A stretch of 64,000 nucleotides of DNA, taken from contig CAXYEG010000027.1 in NCBI GenBank assembly GCA_964275995.1, forward strand, positions 4,560 to 68,559, given 5' to 3'. Source of the DNA: an uncultured Flavobacteriaceae bacterium (GTDB lineage: Bacteria > Bacteroidota > Bacteroidia > Flavobacteriales > Flavobacteriaceae). Shown piece by piece: positions 41,201-50,475 of the stretch (positions within the stretch are counted from its first letter, which is position 1; the number at the start of each line of letters is the position of its first letter). The notes under the pieces were generated by a model. It had not been told where the DNA came from, made no database searches, and was given only the letters and a program-made list of their open reading frames with translations. A program made the position numbers and the translations under genes.

Positions 41201-41532
41201 CTGACATAGTAATTAAAAATATGCCTGTAAATATATTTGGTTATTACACTCTTCTTGAATCTTACATAGATTCCTATTATAAACTCGAAAATAAAGAAAA
41301 GGCTAGAAAATTATTTTTAGAAATTGCGAATAAATACAAGGAAAATTTATTTTATTTTAGCAGTCTTAAAGATGAAAATAAAAACAGATATGCTGAAGAA
41401 ATTTATACAGATATAGAAAGGTATAGATCTTTAGTGGGTGTAATTATTTCTTATGAAGAAGGTGAATTTTTAGAAAAACAAATGGAAGATTTTAATTCTT
41501 ACTTGGAATTGTTTATTGGCAAAGAAGAATAA
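38296..41532 (+). CDS. DUF2723 domain-containing protein (GT-C fold glycosyltransferase-like, TMEM260-like) with large C-terminal soluble region
   Basis: About 1079 aa from the ATG at 38296. N-terminal motif FWDAGEY...GHPPGAPLF in the first loop and many TM segments over roughly 650 aa, followed by a soluble helical C-terminal part. Confidence 0.8.
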   Translation: MSEISFKKWNTILGWLCFLTAAIVYALTAESTVSFWDAGEYILSASKLNVGHPPGAPLFQMLGAFFSIFAIESSQIGYIMNLMSGISSAFTILFMFWSISLLLTKVSTKMNIENNNNFTILISSLVASLSFMFTDTFWFNAVETEVYAMATLIMSVLFYLGLRWEQEMHLPRGNRWLILISFVVGLSFGVHFMGLLTIPAIGLIYFFKNYKPITLKKFILANLAVVGILMFVFKLLAPNILRYFSALEVFFVNSVGLPFNSGTVIAGVLLVSFFYYLLSYTIKNNLKTINTISLCVLFILIGFSSWIMLPIRANSDVVINENDPSDARQLLAYYNLEQYPKTHLFYGPLFTDQYSGLDEENPYKDDKPKYEKDLTQNKYVIVNNYKNASQNFNSEQASILPRMWSSEHASNYLRYTGFLDYEVKRKYKNQPEAKELIELVNDFKKRTFQGDIDYDEHHKFLKTYGTYLDIEKPSIVSNVKYLIQYQLGYMYWRYFMWNFSGRQDDIQGRMDMHGNWISGIDFVDEIHLGLSQGNLPSDVAENKARNKYYMIPFIIGLIGLYFLYNKDKELFWTMLVFFVFTGIAIQVYTNVRPFEPRERDYSVVGSFYVYCIWIGFGIFSLIRSAEQLINSKYIKLLAIPVFLLILPINLASSNWDDHDRSGRYTARSMALKYLESCEPNSILFTIGDNDTFPLWYLQEIEGIRTDVRVLNTSLFNTDWYIDQMKRKAYDSDPIPSSLFHEKYRYGTRDYIIKEVTTLDTIDIKTFIKFVTQDDDKYKYKSLLQKQGYETNYLREQDLNANYLPSESIRIPVDKESVLNNKIVDNSLSNEIVDEIIIKIKGQALYKNRLMMLDIIAENNWERPIYFTGGSFGDDDYLWMKNYLQLEGLCYKLVPIKTPIDPSNPYEMGRVNTEKMYSMVKDWDWGTKGNMDVYFDVESRKNSITYRSNISRLVNQLIIENKNEKAEEISDIVIKNMPVNIFGYYTLLESYIDSYYKLENKEKARKLFLEIANKYKENLFYFSSLKDENKNRYAEEIYTDIERYRSLVGVIISYEEGEFLEKQMEDFNSYLELFIGKEE

Positions 41533-41534
41533 AA

Positions 41535-41831
41535 CTATATATATTCTTGAATTCGACCAATTAAAGTATTAGCGTCCTCTACACCACTTTGCCTCCACTT
41601 CATTTCACCATCTTTATATATGATAAATGTAGGGAGCCCTTTAATTCTAAGTGCTTCAGCTAGATCATTATTTTTATCTACATCTATCTTAATAACTTTT
41701 GCTTTATCACCAATAGCAGCGGCAACATCCTTTATTACTGGATGCATCTCGTTTGAGGTTTCATCCCATTGTGTGAAAAATTCGAGAAGTACTGGAATTT
41801 CCACATCAATTAATTCTCCAAATTTTGACAT
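41535..41831 (-). CDS. thioredoxin-fold protein lacking the CxxC active site
   Basis: 98 aa. Aligns by eye to thioredoxin: VLLEFFTQWDETSNEM versus ILVDFWAEWCGPCKMI, with the cis-Pro motif KGLPTF retained. Both Cys are replaced (WDETS). Confidence 0.75.
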   Translation of the reverse strand: MSKFGELIDVEIPVLLEFFTQWDETSNEMHPVIKDVAAAIGDKAKVIKIDVDKNNDLAEALRIKGLPTFIIYKDGEMKWRQSGVEDANTLIGRIQEYI

Positions 41832-41862
41832 AACTTAAAGTTTTAAATCAATTAAGGTTATA

Positions 41863-41870
41863 CAAATATA
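41863..41870 (-). promoter_or_regulatory. Bacteroidota -7 promoter box TATATTTG
   Basis: Plus strand reads caaatata, 31 nt upstream of the ATG at 41831. Confidence 0.4.
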
Positions 41871-41884
41871 ACATTTCCACAGGA

Positions 41885-43093
41885 TTATGCGTTATTTGCT
41901 GATTTTAAGGTGATTACTGTAATTTCTGGCCAAACTCCAAGCCTACCTGGAACTGCCGTAGTTCCCAAACCTCTATTAACATTTATATATTTGTTTTTTT
42001 CTTTATAAATACCTGCCCAATATTTATATCTCCAACTAACAGGGCTCCATTTTATATAGCCTGGAATTTCAATACCAAACTGCCCTCCGTGAGTATGACC
42101 GCTTAGAGTTAATTGATAATTAGCATTGTCAATTAAAACTTTTTTTTGCCAATGCGTTGGGTCATGACTTAGTAGGATTTTAAAATCCTCTGATTTAATT
42201 TTTTCAGAAGCTTTTGATAAATCGCCATATTTTCTAAAACCATTTCCCCAGTTTTCTACTCCTACAATAGCTAATTTGTGATTTCCACGAATTATATAAT
42301 TACTTTCATTTATTAATAAATCAAACCCTATATCTTTTTGGTATTGTTTTATTTTATTGAAATTATCATTTTTTTCCTTTTCAGATGGCCATGAACGATA
42401 ATCTCCGTAATCGTGATTTCCTAAAACAGAATAAATGCCATCTTTAGATTTAAGCTTAGAAAGTGTATTTAGCCATGGTGTTAACTCTTTTGCCTCGTTG
42501 TTAACTAAATCCCCTGTAAAAAAAATTATATCTGAATTTTGAGAATTAATTAGTCTTACGGTGCGTTCGAAATCATCTAAACTAGTGATATTTCCAGCGT
42601 GAATATCACTAATTTGTGTTAATTGATATCCATCAAATGAACTTGGAAGATCATCAAAGAAAAGAGTGTATTTAAGTACCTTTACATTGTTTTTTCCCCA
42701 AATCATTCCAAAATTTAAACTAAAAAAAGGTAAAGATGCCAAACCTAGTCCAAGCTTACTAATAAACTTTCTTCTAGAGACTAACTTAATTGACTTATTG
42801 TAACTGAAAATTCGCTTAACCAAAGCTGTAGTAAATCTAAAGACATCTTCAATAAAATTAATAATTACTAGCACTAATTTTGGACTATAAAAAGAAATTA
42901 ACACCCCAAGAGCTAATGTTTTATATGTCCCATCATCTTGAAGCTTATATTTATAAAAAAAATAGAACACAATTAAAAAAGAAGTTATAAAATAAGAATA
43001 TTTAACAATTCTGTTTTTAGTAATATTTTTTATTGTTTGATATGAGTAACAATCAATAAAAAAAAGAAATAAGAAAAAAAATATCCAGTTCAT
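41885..43093 (-). CDS. membrane-anchored metallophosphoesterase
   Basis: 402 aa. N-terminal TM segments. Motifs ISDIHAG, GDLV, LGNHDYGD and GHTHGGQ. Confidence 0.85.
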   Translation of the reverse strand: MNWIFFFLFLFFIDCYSYQTIKNITKNRIVKYSYFITSFLIVFYFFYKYKLQDDGTYKTLALGVLISFYSPKLVLVIINFIEDVFRFTTALVKRIFSYNKSIKLVSRRKFISKLGLGLASLPFFSLNFGMIWGKNNVKVLKYTLFFDDLPSSFDGYQLTQISDIHAGNITSLDDFERTVRLINSQNSDIIFFTGDLVNNEAKELTPWLNTLSKLKSKDGIYSVLGNHDYGDYRSWPSEKEKNDNFNKIKQYQKDIGFDLLINESNYIIRGNHKLAIVGVENWGNGFRKYGDLSKASEKIKSEDFKILLSHDPTHWQKKVLIDNANYQLTLSGHTHGGQFGIEIPGYIKWSPVSWRYKYWAGIYKEKNKYINVNRGLGTTAVPGRLGVWPEITVITLKSANNA

Positions 43094-43220
43094 AATCGAT
43101 TGTAAATATATACTTATAATTATTGATGTTTAATTAAAATTTATTTAATAAAATGTTAAATAATCTTAATTGCTTTACTTATTTTAGACAACTAACAAAT
43201 TTTTAAAAAACTTATTACTA

Positions 43221-44864
43221 ATGAAAATTCAAACTAACAACCCTGCTCTTGCAACTTTGGTAAGTGTCTTTTTTTTCTGGGGATTCATCGGTGCTTCAAA
43301 TGGTGTATTTATCCCATTTTGTAAAACTTATTTCAATATCGATCAATTTCAATCTCAATTAGTAGATTTTGCATTTTATGGTGCATATTACATTGGCGCA
43401 CTAATACTCTTTATAGTTTCAAGCCAAAGAAAAAAAGATATTTTTAATAATTGGGGTTATAAAAAAGGAATCATATACGGATTACTGATATCAACAGTTG
43501 GTGCCTTACTTATGTATCCAGCAATTAGTGGATCAGAGCCAGGACAAACCGAAGTATTTTATTATGTGTTAATTGCCTTATTTATTGTTGGATTAGGTTT
43601 CTCTCTACAACAAACTGGAGCAAACCCATTTGCAGTCTCTCTTGGAGATCCTAAATCTGGGTCCTCAAGATTAAATCTAGCAGGTGGTGTTAATTCTTTT
43701 GGCACTACTATAGGGCCTTTAGCGGTTGCATTTGTAATTTTCGGAACCTTGTCTGGCGAAGGAACTGCTGAGTTTTCGAAAATGCAAGGTTTATATCTTG
43801 GAGTAGCTGCTCTATTTATTTTGTGTGCTGCAGTTTTCTATTTTTCTAAAAGTTTACCAGATGGCATAACAATAGAGCCATTTGAATCTGCTAATAAAGC
43901 AATGAATTTATTAATTATTTTAACAATTATAATATTCTTATGTTTTGGATGGGTATTTTATACTTATGCTGAATCTTACAATTATATAGGAACAGTTGAA
44001 GATTTAGAATACAAAAGGTTAGCAGCGTTAATTGCATCTCTTGTTGGTGTTATTGGGTGTATATATTATGCTTATGTAAAATCTTCTTCTGATTCGAAAG
44101 GATGGGGGGCATTACAATACCCACAACTTGCCCTAGGAATGTTAGCTATATTTACATATGTTGGGGTTGAGGTTACAATTCAGAGTAATTTAGGTGAAGT
44201 TTTAAAGTTAGTTACTGATAAAGTAAATAACCTGAACGGACTAGGTCTGCCAGCATTAGGTGATACAGAAATTGCTAAATATATCTCGTTATATTGGGGT
44301 GGTTTAATGATTGGTAGATGGACTGGAGCGATCAGTGTCTTTAATCCAACAGAGGGGTTAAAAAAAGCTCTTTTAATAATAGTTCCATATATAGCTTTTG
44401 GAGTAATTGTTTTAGTTAATTACGGAAGTTACACAATGAATGAAATAATTATATTTTCAGTTATTGTGGCTATACAAATTGTAGGCTTTTTTATTGCTAA
44501 AGATAATGCAATAGCAACACTAAAAGTATTTAGCATGATTGGATTAGCTGCAATGTTAATTGGTTTATTTTCAACAGGAACAGTAGCATTATTTGCTTTT
44601 ATTAGTGGTGGTCTTTTCTGCTCTATAATGTGGCCTTGTATTTTTTCATTAAGTATAAATGGTTTAGGAAAATACACATCTCAAGGATCTTCATTTTTGG
44701 TAATGATGATTTTAGGGGGTGCTATTATCCCTCCTATTCAAGGAAAAATTGCAGATATTTTCACTATTCAATCTTCTTATTGGGTAGCTGTATTATGTTT
44801 TGCTTATCTAATTCTTTACGCATTTTTAACTAAAAAAATATTGGGTGACCAAATTGAAAATTAA
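43221..44864 (+). CDS. sugar MFS transporter (FucP / glucose-galactose transporter family), long form
   Basis: 547 aa. FucP-like N-terminus, with two extra hydrophobic segments in the central loop (about 14 TM in total). Confidence 0.8.
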   Translation: MKIQTNNPALATLVSVFFFWGFIGASNGVFIPFCKTYFNIDQFQSQLVDFAFYGAYYIGALILFIVSSQRKKDIFNNWGYKKGIIYGLLISTVGALLMYPAISGSEPGQTEVFYYVLIALFIVGLGFSLQQTGANPFAVSLGDPKSGSSRLNLAGGVNSFGTTIGPLAVAFVIFGTLSGEGTAEFSKMQGLYLGVAALFILCAAVFYFSKSLPDGITIEPFESANKAMNLLIILTIIIFLCFGWVFYTYAESYNYIGTVEDLEYKRLAALIASLVGVIGCIYYAYVKSSSDSKGWGALQYPQLALGMLAIFTYVGVEVTIQSNLGEVLKLVTDKVNNLNGLGLPALGDTEIAKYISLYWGGLMIGRWTGAISVFNPTEGLKKALLIIVPYIAFGVIVLVNYGSYTMNEIIIFSVIVAIQIVGFFIAKDNAIATLKVFSMIGLAAMLIGLFSTGTVALFAFISGGLFCSIMWPCIFSLSINGLGKYTSQGSSFLVMMILGGAIIPPIQGKIADIFTIQSSYWVAVLCFAYLILYAFLTKKILGDQIEN

Positions 44865-44867
44865 GAA

Positions 44868-45842
44868 ATGAAAAGAAGGGGGTTTATTAAGAAAAGTTCT
44901 TTACTAGGTGTAAGCATTAGTATTCCTAGTTCATTTGCTTTAGACTTAAATGAATCTAAAATGAATCTTAAAAAATTTCCAGTAGTTATAGCAACATGGG
45001 AAGTGAAAAATGCAACAAATAAAGCATGGGGTTTATTGAAAAATGGATCTAGCTCTTTGGATGCAGTAGAGCAAGGATGTATGATAGAAGAAGCTGATGT
45101 AAATAATCAATCAGTTGGAATGGGTGGATTACCAGACAGAGACGGAAACGTAACATTAGATGCATGCATAATGAATTCTAATGGAGATTGTGGGTCTGTA
45201 GTATATTTAAAAAACATAACTCATGCTATTTCAATAGCAAGAAAAATAATGGAAGAAACTCCTCATGTTATGCTAGCTGGTGTTGGCGCAGAAGAATTTG
45301 CATATTCTTTGGGTTATAAAAAAGAAGTACTATTAACAGATAAGTCCAGATTAGATTGGCTAGATTGGAAAAAAAACTCAGAATATAAACCAATAATAAA
45401 TATTGAAAATCACGATACTATTGGAATGCTAGCCATTGATAAAAATGGTGATATCTCTGGGGGATGTACAACAAGTGGCCTGGCTTATAAAATGTCTGGG
45501 AGAGTTGGAGATTCTCCAATAATTGGATCCGGTTTATTTATTGACAATGAAGTCGGTGGAGCTGTTGCTACAGGTTTGGGAGAAGAAGTAGTTAAAACAG
45601 TTGGGAGTTTTTTGGTTGTTGAATTAATGAGAAATGGTTACAGCCCCCAAAAAGCTTGTGAAGAAGCTATAAAAAGAATCGTTTTAAAGAAAAATAATAA
45701 TTTTAAAGATTTTCAGGTAGGATATATTGCAATAAATAAAAGTGGGGAGACCGGCAGTTATTCAATTCACGACGGATTTAGCATGACTAAATACGAAAAC
45801 AATCTTAACAAAATTTATAAGTCCAATTATTACAGTAACTGA
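44868..45842 (+). CDS. N4-(beta-N-acetylglucosaminyl)-L-asparaginase (glycosylasparaginase, Ntn hydrolase)
   Basis: 324 aa. Tat/Sec-like leader MKRRGFIKKSS. Autoprocessing site HDTIGMLAID and GDSPIIGSG. Confidence 0.85.
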   Translation: MKRRGFIKKSSLLGVSISIPSSFALDLNESKMNLKKFPVVIATWEVKNATNKAWGLLKNGSSSLDAVEQGCMIEEADVNNQSVGMGGLPDRDGNVTLDACIMNSNGDCGSVVYLKNITHAISIARKIMEETPHVMLAGVGAEEFAYSLGYKKEVLLTDKSRLDWLDWKKNSEYKPIINIENHDTIGMLAIDKNGDISGGCTTSGLAYKMSGRVGDSPIIGSGLFIDNEVGGAVATGLGEEVVKTVGSFLVVELMRNGYSPQKACEEAIKRIVLKKNNNFKDFQVGYIAINKSGETGSYSIHDGFSMTKYENNLNKIYKSNYYSN

Positions 45843-45862
45843 TTTTTGAATTGGTATAATTA

Positions 45863-48671
45863 ATGAATAACAAAAGATTATTTTTAATAGATGCTTATGC
45901 TCTAATATTTAGAGGTTATTATGCTTTTATAAAAAACCCAAGAATTAATTCAAAAGGACTTGATACTTCTGCAATTTTAGGATTCACTAATTCACTATTT
46001 GATGTAATTAAAAGAGAAAACCCAGACTATTTAGCAGTTTGTTTTGACAAAGGAGGTAGTCAGGATAGGGTTGAAATGTTTTCAGACTACAAAGCAAATA
46101 GAGATGAAACTCCTGAAGCAATTAAAATTGCAGTGCCTTACATTGAACAAATACTAAAATCATTAAACATCCCTGTTATTGTAAAAAAAGGTTATGAAGC
46201 AGACGATATAATTGGAACCTTATCTAAAAAGGCGGAATTAGAAGGATACCAAACATTTATGGTTACTCCTGATAAAGATTTTGCACAGCTAGTTAGTGAA
46301 AATATTTTTATGTATAAGCCAATGTTTGGAGGTGGTTATGAAATTTGGGGTGTTGACGAAGTAAAAAATAAATTTGAGGTTTCTGACCCTATACAAGTAA
46401 TCGATTTTTTAGGCATGAAAGGGGATGCTGCAGACAATATTCCTGGTTTGCCAGGTGTGGGTGATAAAACAGCCAAGAAATTCATTGCGGAATACGGTAG
46501 CATGGAAGAATTATTAGCTAATACCGATAAACTAAAAGGAAAATTAAAGGAAAAAATTGAAGCAAATAAAGAATTGGGATTACTTATCAAAAAAACTTGC
46601 AACAATAATTCTTGACGTCCCAGTTGATTTTAATCCCAACGAATTTAAATTCAAGGTTACAGATTCATTAGAAATTAAAGAGGTTTTTAGAGAATTAGAA
46701 TTTAGAAGACTTATAGACAGTGTTGACAGGATTTTTAAGATTAATAAGCAAGAAAAAGAGCTTGAAATAAAATCACAATCAATTAAAGAGACCCCTGTTG
46801 AAAGTGCTGGGTCAGGTCAATTTTCTTTGTTTGATGAAACTAATCACAGTTGAAAAACCAGAAATATTTAAAAGAAAAAACCACTCTAATACATCAAACT
46901 ATTACCAAATAATTGATTCAACTTTAGGGCTTAAGCTATTGTTAAAGAAGATTAGTATTAATTCATCAGTTAGTTATAAACTTTTATCAAACAAATTAAA
47001 TTATTTATCTGATAAAATAATAGGGGTTGTCAATATGTTGGGAACAAGGGAAAGCATACTATTTATCATTTTCAAATAACTTTGAAATTAAGGAAATTAA
47101 ATTATTTTTTGAAAATGAAAAAATAGAAAAAATAAGTGATAGTGTAAAAAATGACATAAAGCTTCTTAATCAATATGATATTAAAGTTAAAGGACAAATA
47201 TTTGATACCACATTAGCACATTACATCATAAATCCTGACACAAATCATTCAATCAATCATCTCTCTGAAACATATTTAAATTACTCATTAATCGATTTAC
47301 AATTGGTAATAGGTAAAGGTAAAAATCAAAAATTAATTTCTGATTTAGAAACTAGTCAAGTTAAGGATTACCTATGCGAACAAGCTGACGTGAATTTTCA
47401 ATTGAAAAGTCTTTTTAAAATTGAATTGAATAACACTAAACTATTTAGCCTATTTGACGAAATAGAAATTCCACTTTTAAAAGTTTTGGCAGATATGGAA
47501 ATTGAAGGAATTAATTTAGACATAAAATTCCTTGAATCCTTGAAGAAGGATTTAATTACAGATATTTCGACTTTAGAGAAATTAATTTATCACTGAAGCT
47601 GGAGAGAATTTCAATATTTCTTCTCCTAAACAATTAGGCGAAGTTTTATTTGAAAAAATGCAATTAGTTAAAAACCCAAAAAAAACTAAAACTGGGCAAT
47701 ATTCAACTTCAGAGGATATTTTAAAAGATCTTTCAATTGAACATGAATTTGTTAAAAACATACTTAAATATAGAAGTTTAACAAAATTGATGAGCACATA
47801 TGTTGATTCTTTACCAAATCAAGTTTTAAATACTACAAATAGAGTACACACTGAATACCTACAAACAGTAGCTTCAACTGGTAGATTAAGTAGTATAAAT
47901 CCTAACCTCCAAAATATTCCTATAAGAACTGAAAGAGGTAGAGAAGTTAGAAAGGCTTTTATTCCAAGAGACGAGAATCACTTTTTAATGGCTGCTGATT
48001 ATTCACAAATAGAATTACGAATAATTGCTTCAATGAGTGAAGAAAAAAACATGATTGAAGCGTTTAATAAAAATGAAGATATTCACAGTTCTACTGCATC
48101 AACAGTTTTTAATATTCCTGTAAATGAGGTTACTAAAACACAAAGATCGAATGCCAAAACAGTTAATTTTGGAATTATATATGGTGTTTCTGCATTTGGA
48201 TTAAGCAATCAAACAGATTTATCAAGATCTGAATCAAAAGAGCTTATTGAAACATACTACAATAAATACCCAAATTTAAAAAAATTCATTAGTGGTCAAA
48301 TTACTTATGCAAGAAATAATGGATATGTCAAAACATTAATTGGAAGGAAAAGATATTTAAAAGACATTAATTCAAGTAATGGATTAGTTAGAAGTGGCGC
48401 AGAAAGAAACGCAGTAAATGCACCAATTCAAGGAACAGCTGCGGACATTATTAAAATAGCAATGATAAATATTAATAAAAGATTTTCTAGAGAAAACTTG
48501 TCAAGTAAAATGTTACTACAAGTTCATGATGAATTGGTGTTTGATGTTTATAAACCAGAAATAAATGAAACAATTTCAGTTATAAAAGAGGAAATGGAAA
48601 ATGCTTTTAAATTAAATATTCCGTTAACAGTTGATATAGATTATGGTCTCAACTGGTTAGAAGCACATTAA
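45863..48671 (+). pseudogene. polA: DNA polymerase I, frame interrupted four times (each needs a +1 shift)
   Basis: Five ORF-track fragments (45863..46615, 46557..46853, 46798..47079, 47027..47596, 47658..48671) tile one PolA of about 936 aa. It has a 5' nuclease N-terminus (LFLIDAYALIFRGYYA), a degenerate 3'-5' exonuclease domain, and polymerase motifs A DYSQIELR, B RSNAKTVNFGIIYG and C QVHDELVF. The shifts map to about 46583-46596, 46836-46853, 47023-47029 and 47586-47594. Confidence 0.9.
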
Positions 48672-48727
48672 AATAAATACATAAATAGTTTTAAATAATA
48701 TCACTAAAAAATATTTTTAAACTTCTA

Positions 48728-48758
48728 TTTGCTATTCAAATATATAATTGTAGATTTG
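48728..48758 (+). promoter_or_regulatory. Bacteroidota promoter for rplM-rpsI (-33 TTTG, 19-nt spacer, -7 TAGATTTG)
   Basis: tttg at 48728-48731 and tagatttg at 48751-48758, 46 nt upstream of the rplM start. Confidence 0.55.
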
Positions 48759-48804
48759 CACACTCTTTTCGAGAGAAAAATATTATTAATGAAAATATTA
48801 TAAA

Positions 48805-49260
48805 TTGGATAATTTAAGTTACAAAACTATTTCAGCAAACAAAGCTACTGTGAACAAGCAGTGGGTTATTGTAGATGCTGATGGTCAAAATTTAGGCAGA
48901 TTAGCTTCAAGAGTAGCAATCTTATTAAGAGGAAAACATAAAACAGATTTTACTCCTCACGTAGATTGTGGAGATAATGTTATTGTAATAAATGCTTCTA
49001 AAGTTAAATTGAGCGGAAACAAGTGGGAAGAAAAAATGTATGTAAGACATACAGGCTACCCTGGTGGTCAAAGATTTAAATCTGCAACACAACTTTATGA
49101 CCAAAATCCATCTATTATTGTTGAGAAATCAGTAAAAGGAATGCTTCCTAAAAACAAATTAGGAGCAGCATTATTTAGAAACTTATATGTGAGTTCGGAC
49201 TCAAGTCATAATCACGAAGCACAAAAACCAACTATTATCAACTTAAACGAAGTGAATTAA
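48805..49260 (+). CDS. rplM: 50S ribosomal protein L13
   Basis: 151 aa, (M)DNLSYKT...ANKATVNKQWVIVDA. TTG start: an in-frame TGA lies five codons upstream with no ATG in between. Confidence 0.95.
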   Translation: MDNLSYKTISANKATVNKQWVIVDADGQNLGRLASRVAILLRGKHKTDFTPHVDCGDNVIVINASKVKLSGNKWEEKMYVRHTGYPGGQRFKSATQLYDQNPSIIVEKSVKGMLPKNKLGAALFRNLYVSSDSSHNHEAQKPTIINLNEVN

Positions 49261-49649
49261 TGGAAGAAACAATTCATAAAATTGGACGTAGAAAAACAGC
49301 TGTAGCTAGAGTTTACCTCAAAAAAGGTAAAGGTAAGATAACTGTAAACAAGAAGGAATCTTCTGTTTATTTTCCTACTCCAACGCTACAATTTAAAATA
49401 AATCAACCTCTTGTTATGACTAATAATGAGAAAAAGTTTGATATAAATATTAATGTCTATGGAGGCGGGGCAACAGGCCAAGCTGAAGCAGTAAGACTAG
49501 CTCTTTCAAGAGCCATGTGTGAATTAAATGAAGAAAATAGAGAAATTCTTAAGCCTGAAGGATTGTTAACAAGAGATCCAAGAATGGTTGAAAGGAAAAA
49601 ATTCGGCCAGAAAAAGGCTAGAAAGAAATTCCAATTCTCGAAAAGATAA
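49260..49649 (+). CDS. rpsI: 30S ribosomal protein S9
   Basis: 129 aa. GRRKTAVARV and C-terminal RKKFQFSKR. Confidence 0.95.
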   Translation: MEETIHKIGRRKTAVARVYLKKGKGKITVNKKESSVYFPTPTLQFKINQPLVMTNNEKKFDININVYGGGATGQAEAVRLALSRAMCELNEENREILKPEGLLTRDPRMVERKKFGQKKARKKFQFSKR

Positions 49650-49764
49650 AATTAATAACCAGTTTTTGTTATCTATGAATTTTATTCAAGATTTAGTTTA
49701 GCATCTAAATGATCAAGTTTAAACACTCGGCATTGCTATTCAACAGAAAGTAAACTATCACAAA

Positions 49765-50472
49765 ATGGGAAAAATAGAAGTAAAAGAATTATTAGACGCA
49801 GGTGTTCACTTTGGACATCTTACAAGAAAATGGAATCCAAATATGGCTCCTTTCATCTACATGGAAAGGAATGGAATTCACATTATTAATCTTTACAAAA
49901 CAGTTGCTAAAATTGAGGAAGCTTCAGAAGCTCTAAAAAAAATTGCTGCATCTGGAAGAAAAATATTATTTGTAGCTACAAAAAAACAAGCTAAAGAGAT
50001 TGTTGCAGATTCTGCATCAAAAGTAAATATGCCATACATAACTGAAAGATGGCCTGGGGGGATGTTAACAAATTTTGTTACAATTAGAAAAGCTGTTAAA
50101 AAGATGGCTGCAATTGATAGAATGAAAAAAGATGGAACATTTAACACTCTATCTAAAAAAGAAAGACTTCAAGTTGGTAGACTTAGAGAGAAATTGGAAA
50201 AGAATCTAGGATCTATTTCTGATATGACAAGACTACCAGGTGCTTTGTTTGTTGTAGATATAATTAGAGAACATATAGCAATAAAAGAAGCTCAAAAATT
50301 AAATATTCCAATATTCGCAATGGTTGATACCAACTCTGATCCTAGAGAAGTAGAGTATGTTATTCCATCAAATGATGATGCATCAAAATCAATTACTAAA
50401 ATTTTAGAAAACATCACTCCTGCTATACAGGAAGGATTAGCTGAAAGAAACTCTGAAAAAGAAAATAGATAA
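49765..50472 (+). CDS. rpsB: 30S ribosomal protein S2
   Basis: 235 aa. LLDAGVHFGH.TRKWNP.M and TERWPGGMLTNF. Ends at a TAA that is in frame with the following Lys/Glu-rich ORF. Confidence 0.95.
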   Translation: MGKIEVKELLDAGVHFGHLTRKWNPNMAPFIYMERNGIHIINLYKTVAKIEEASEALKKIAASGRKILFVATKKQAKEIVADSASKVNMPYITERWPGGMLTNFVTIRKAVKKMAAIDRMKKDGTFNTLSKKERLQVGRLREKLEKNLGSISDMTRLPGALFVVDIIREHIAIKEAQKLNIPIFAMVDTNSDPREVEYVIPSNDDASKSITKILENITPAIQEGLAERNSEKENR

Positions 50473-50475
50473 AGA

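Noticed and set aside
46600-46620. prfB-like programmed +1 frameshift site (tct tga c) at the end of the first polA fragment
   Set aside because: The second-frame homology (SKKLATIILDVP) begins about 25 nt upstream of this TGA, so the shift occurs earlier. No comparable slippery motif is present at the other junctions.
49650-49764. Possible structured regulatory RNA in the rpsI-rpsB spacer (imperfect inverted repeat atttag...ctaaat at 49691-49710)
   Set aside because: The stem is only 6 AT-rich base pairs, with no flanking conservation I can assess from a single sequence. That is too weak to call.
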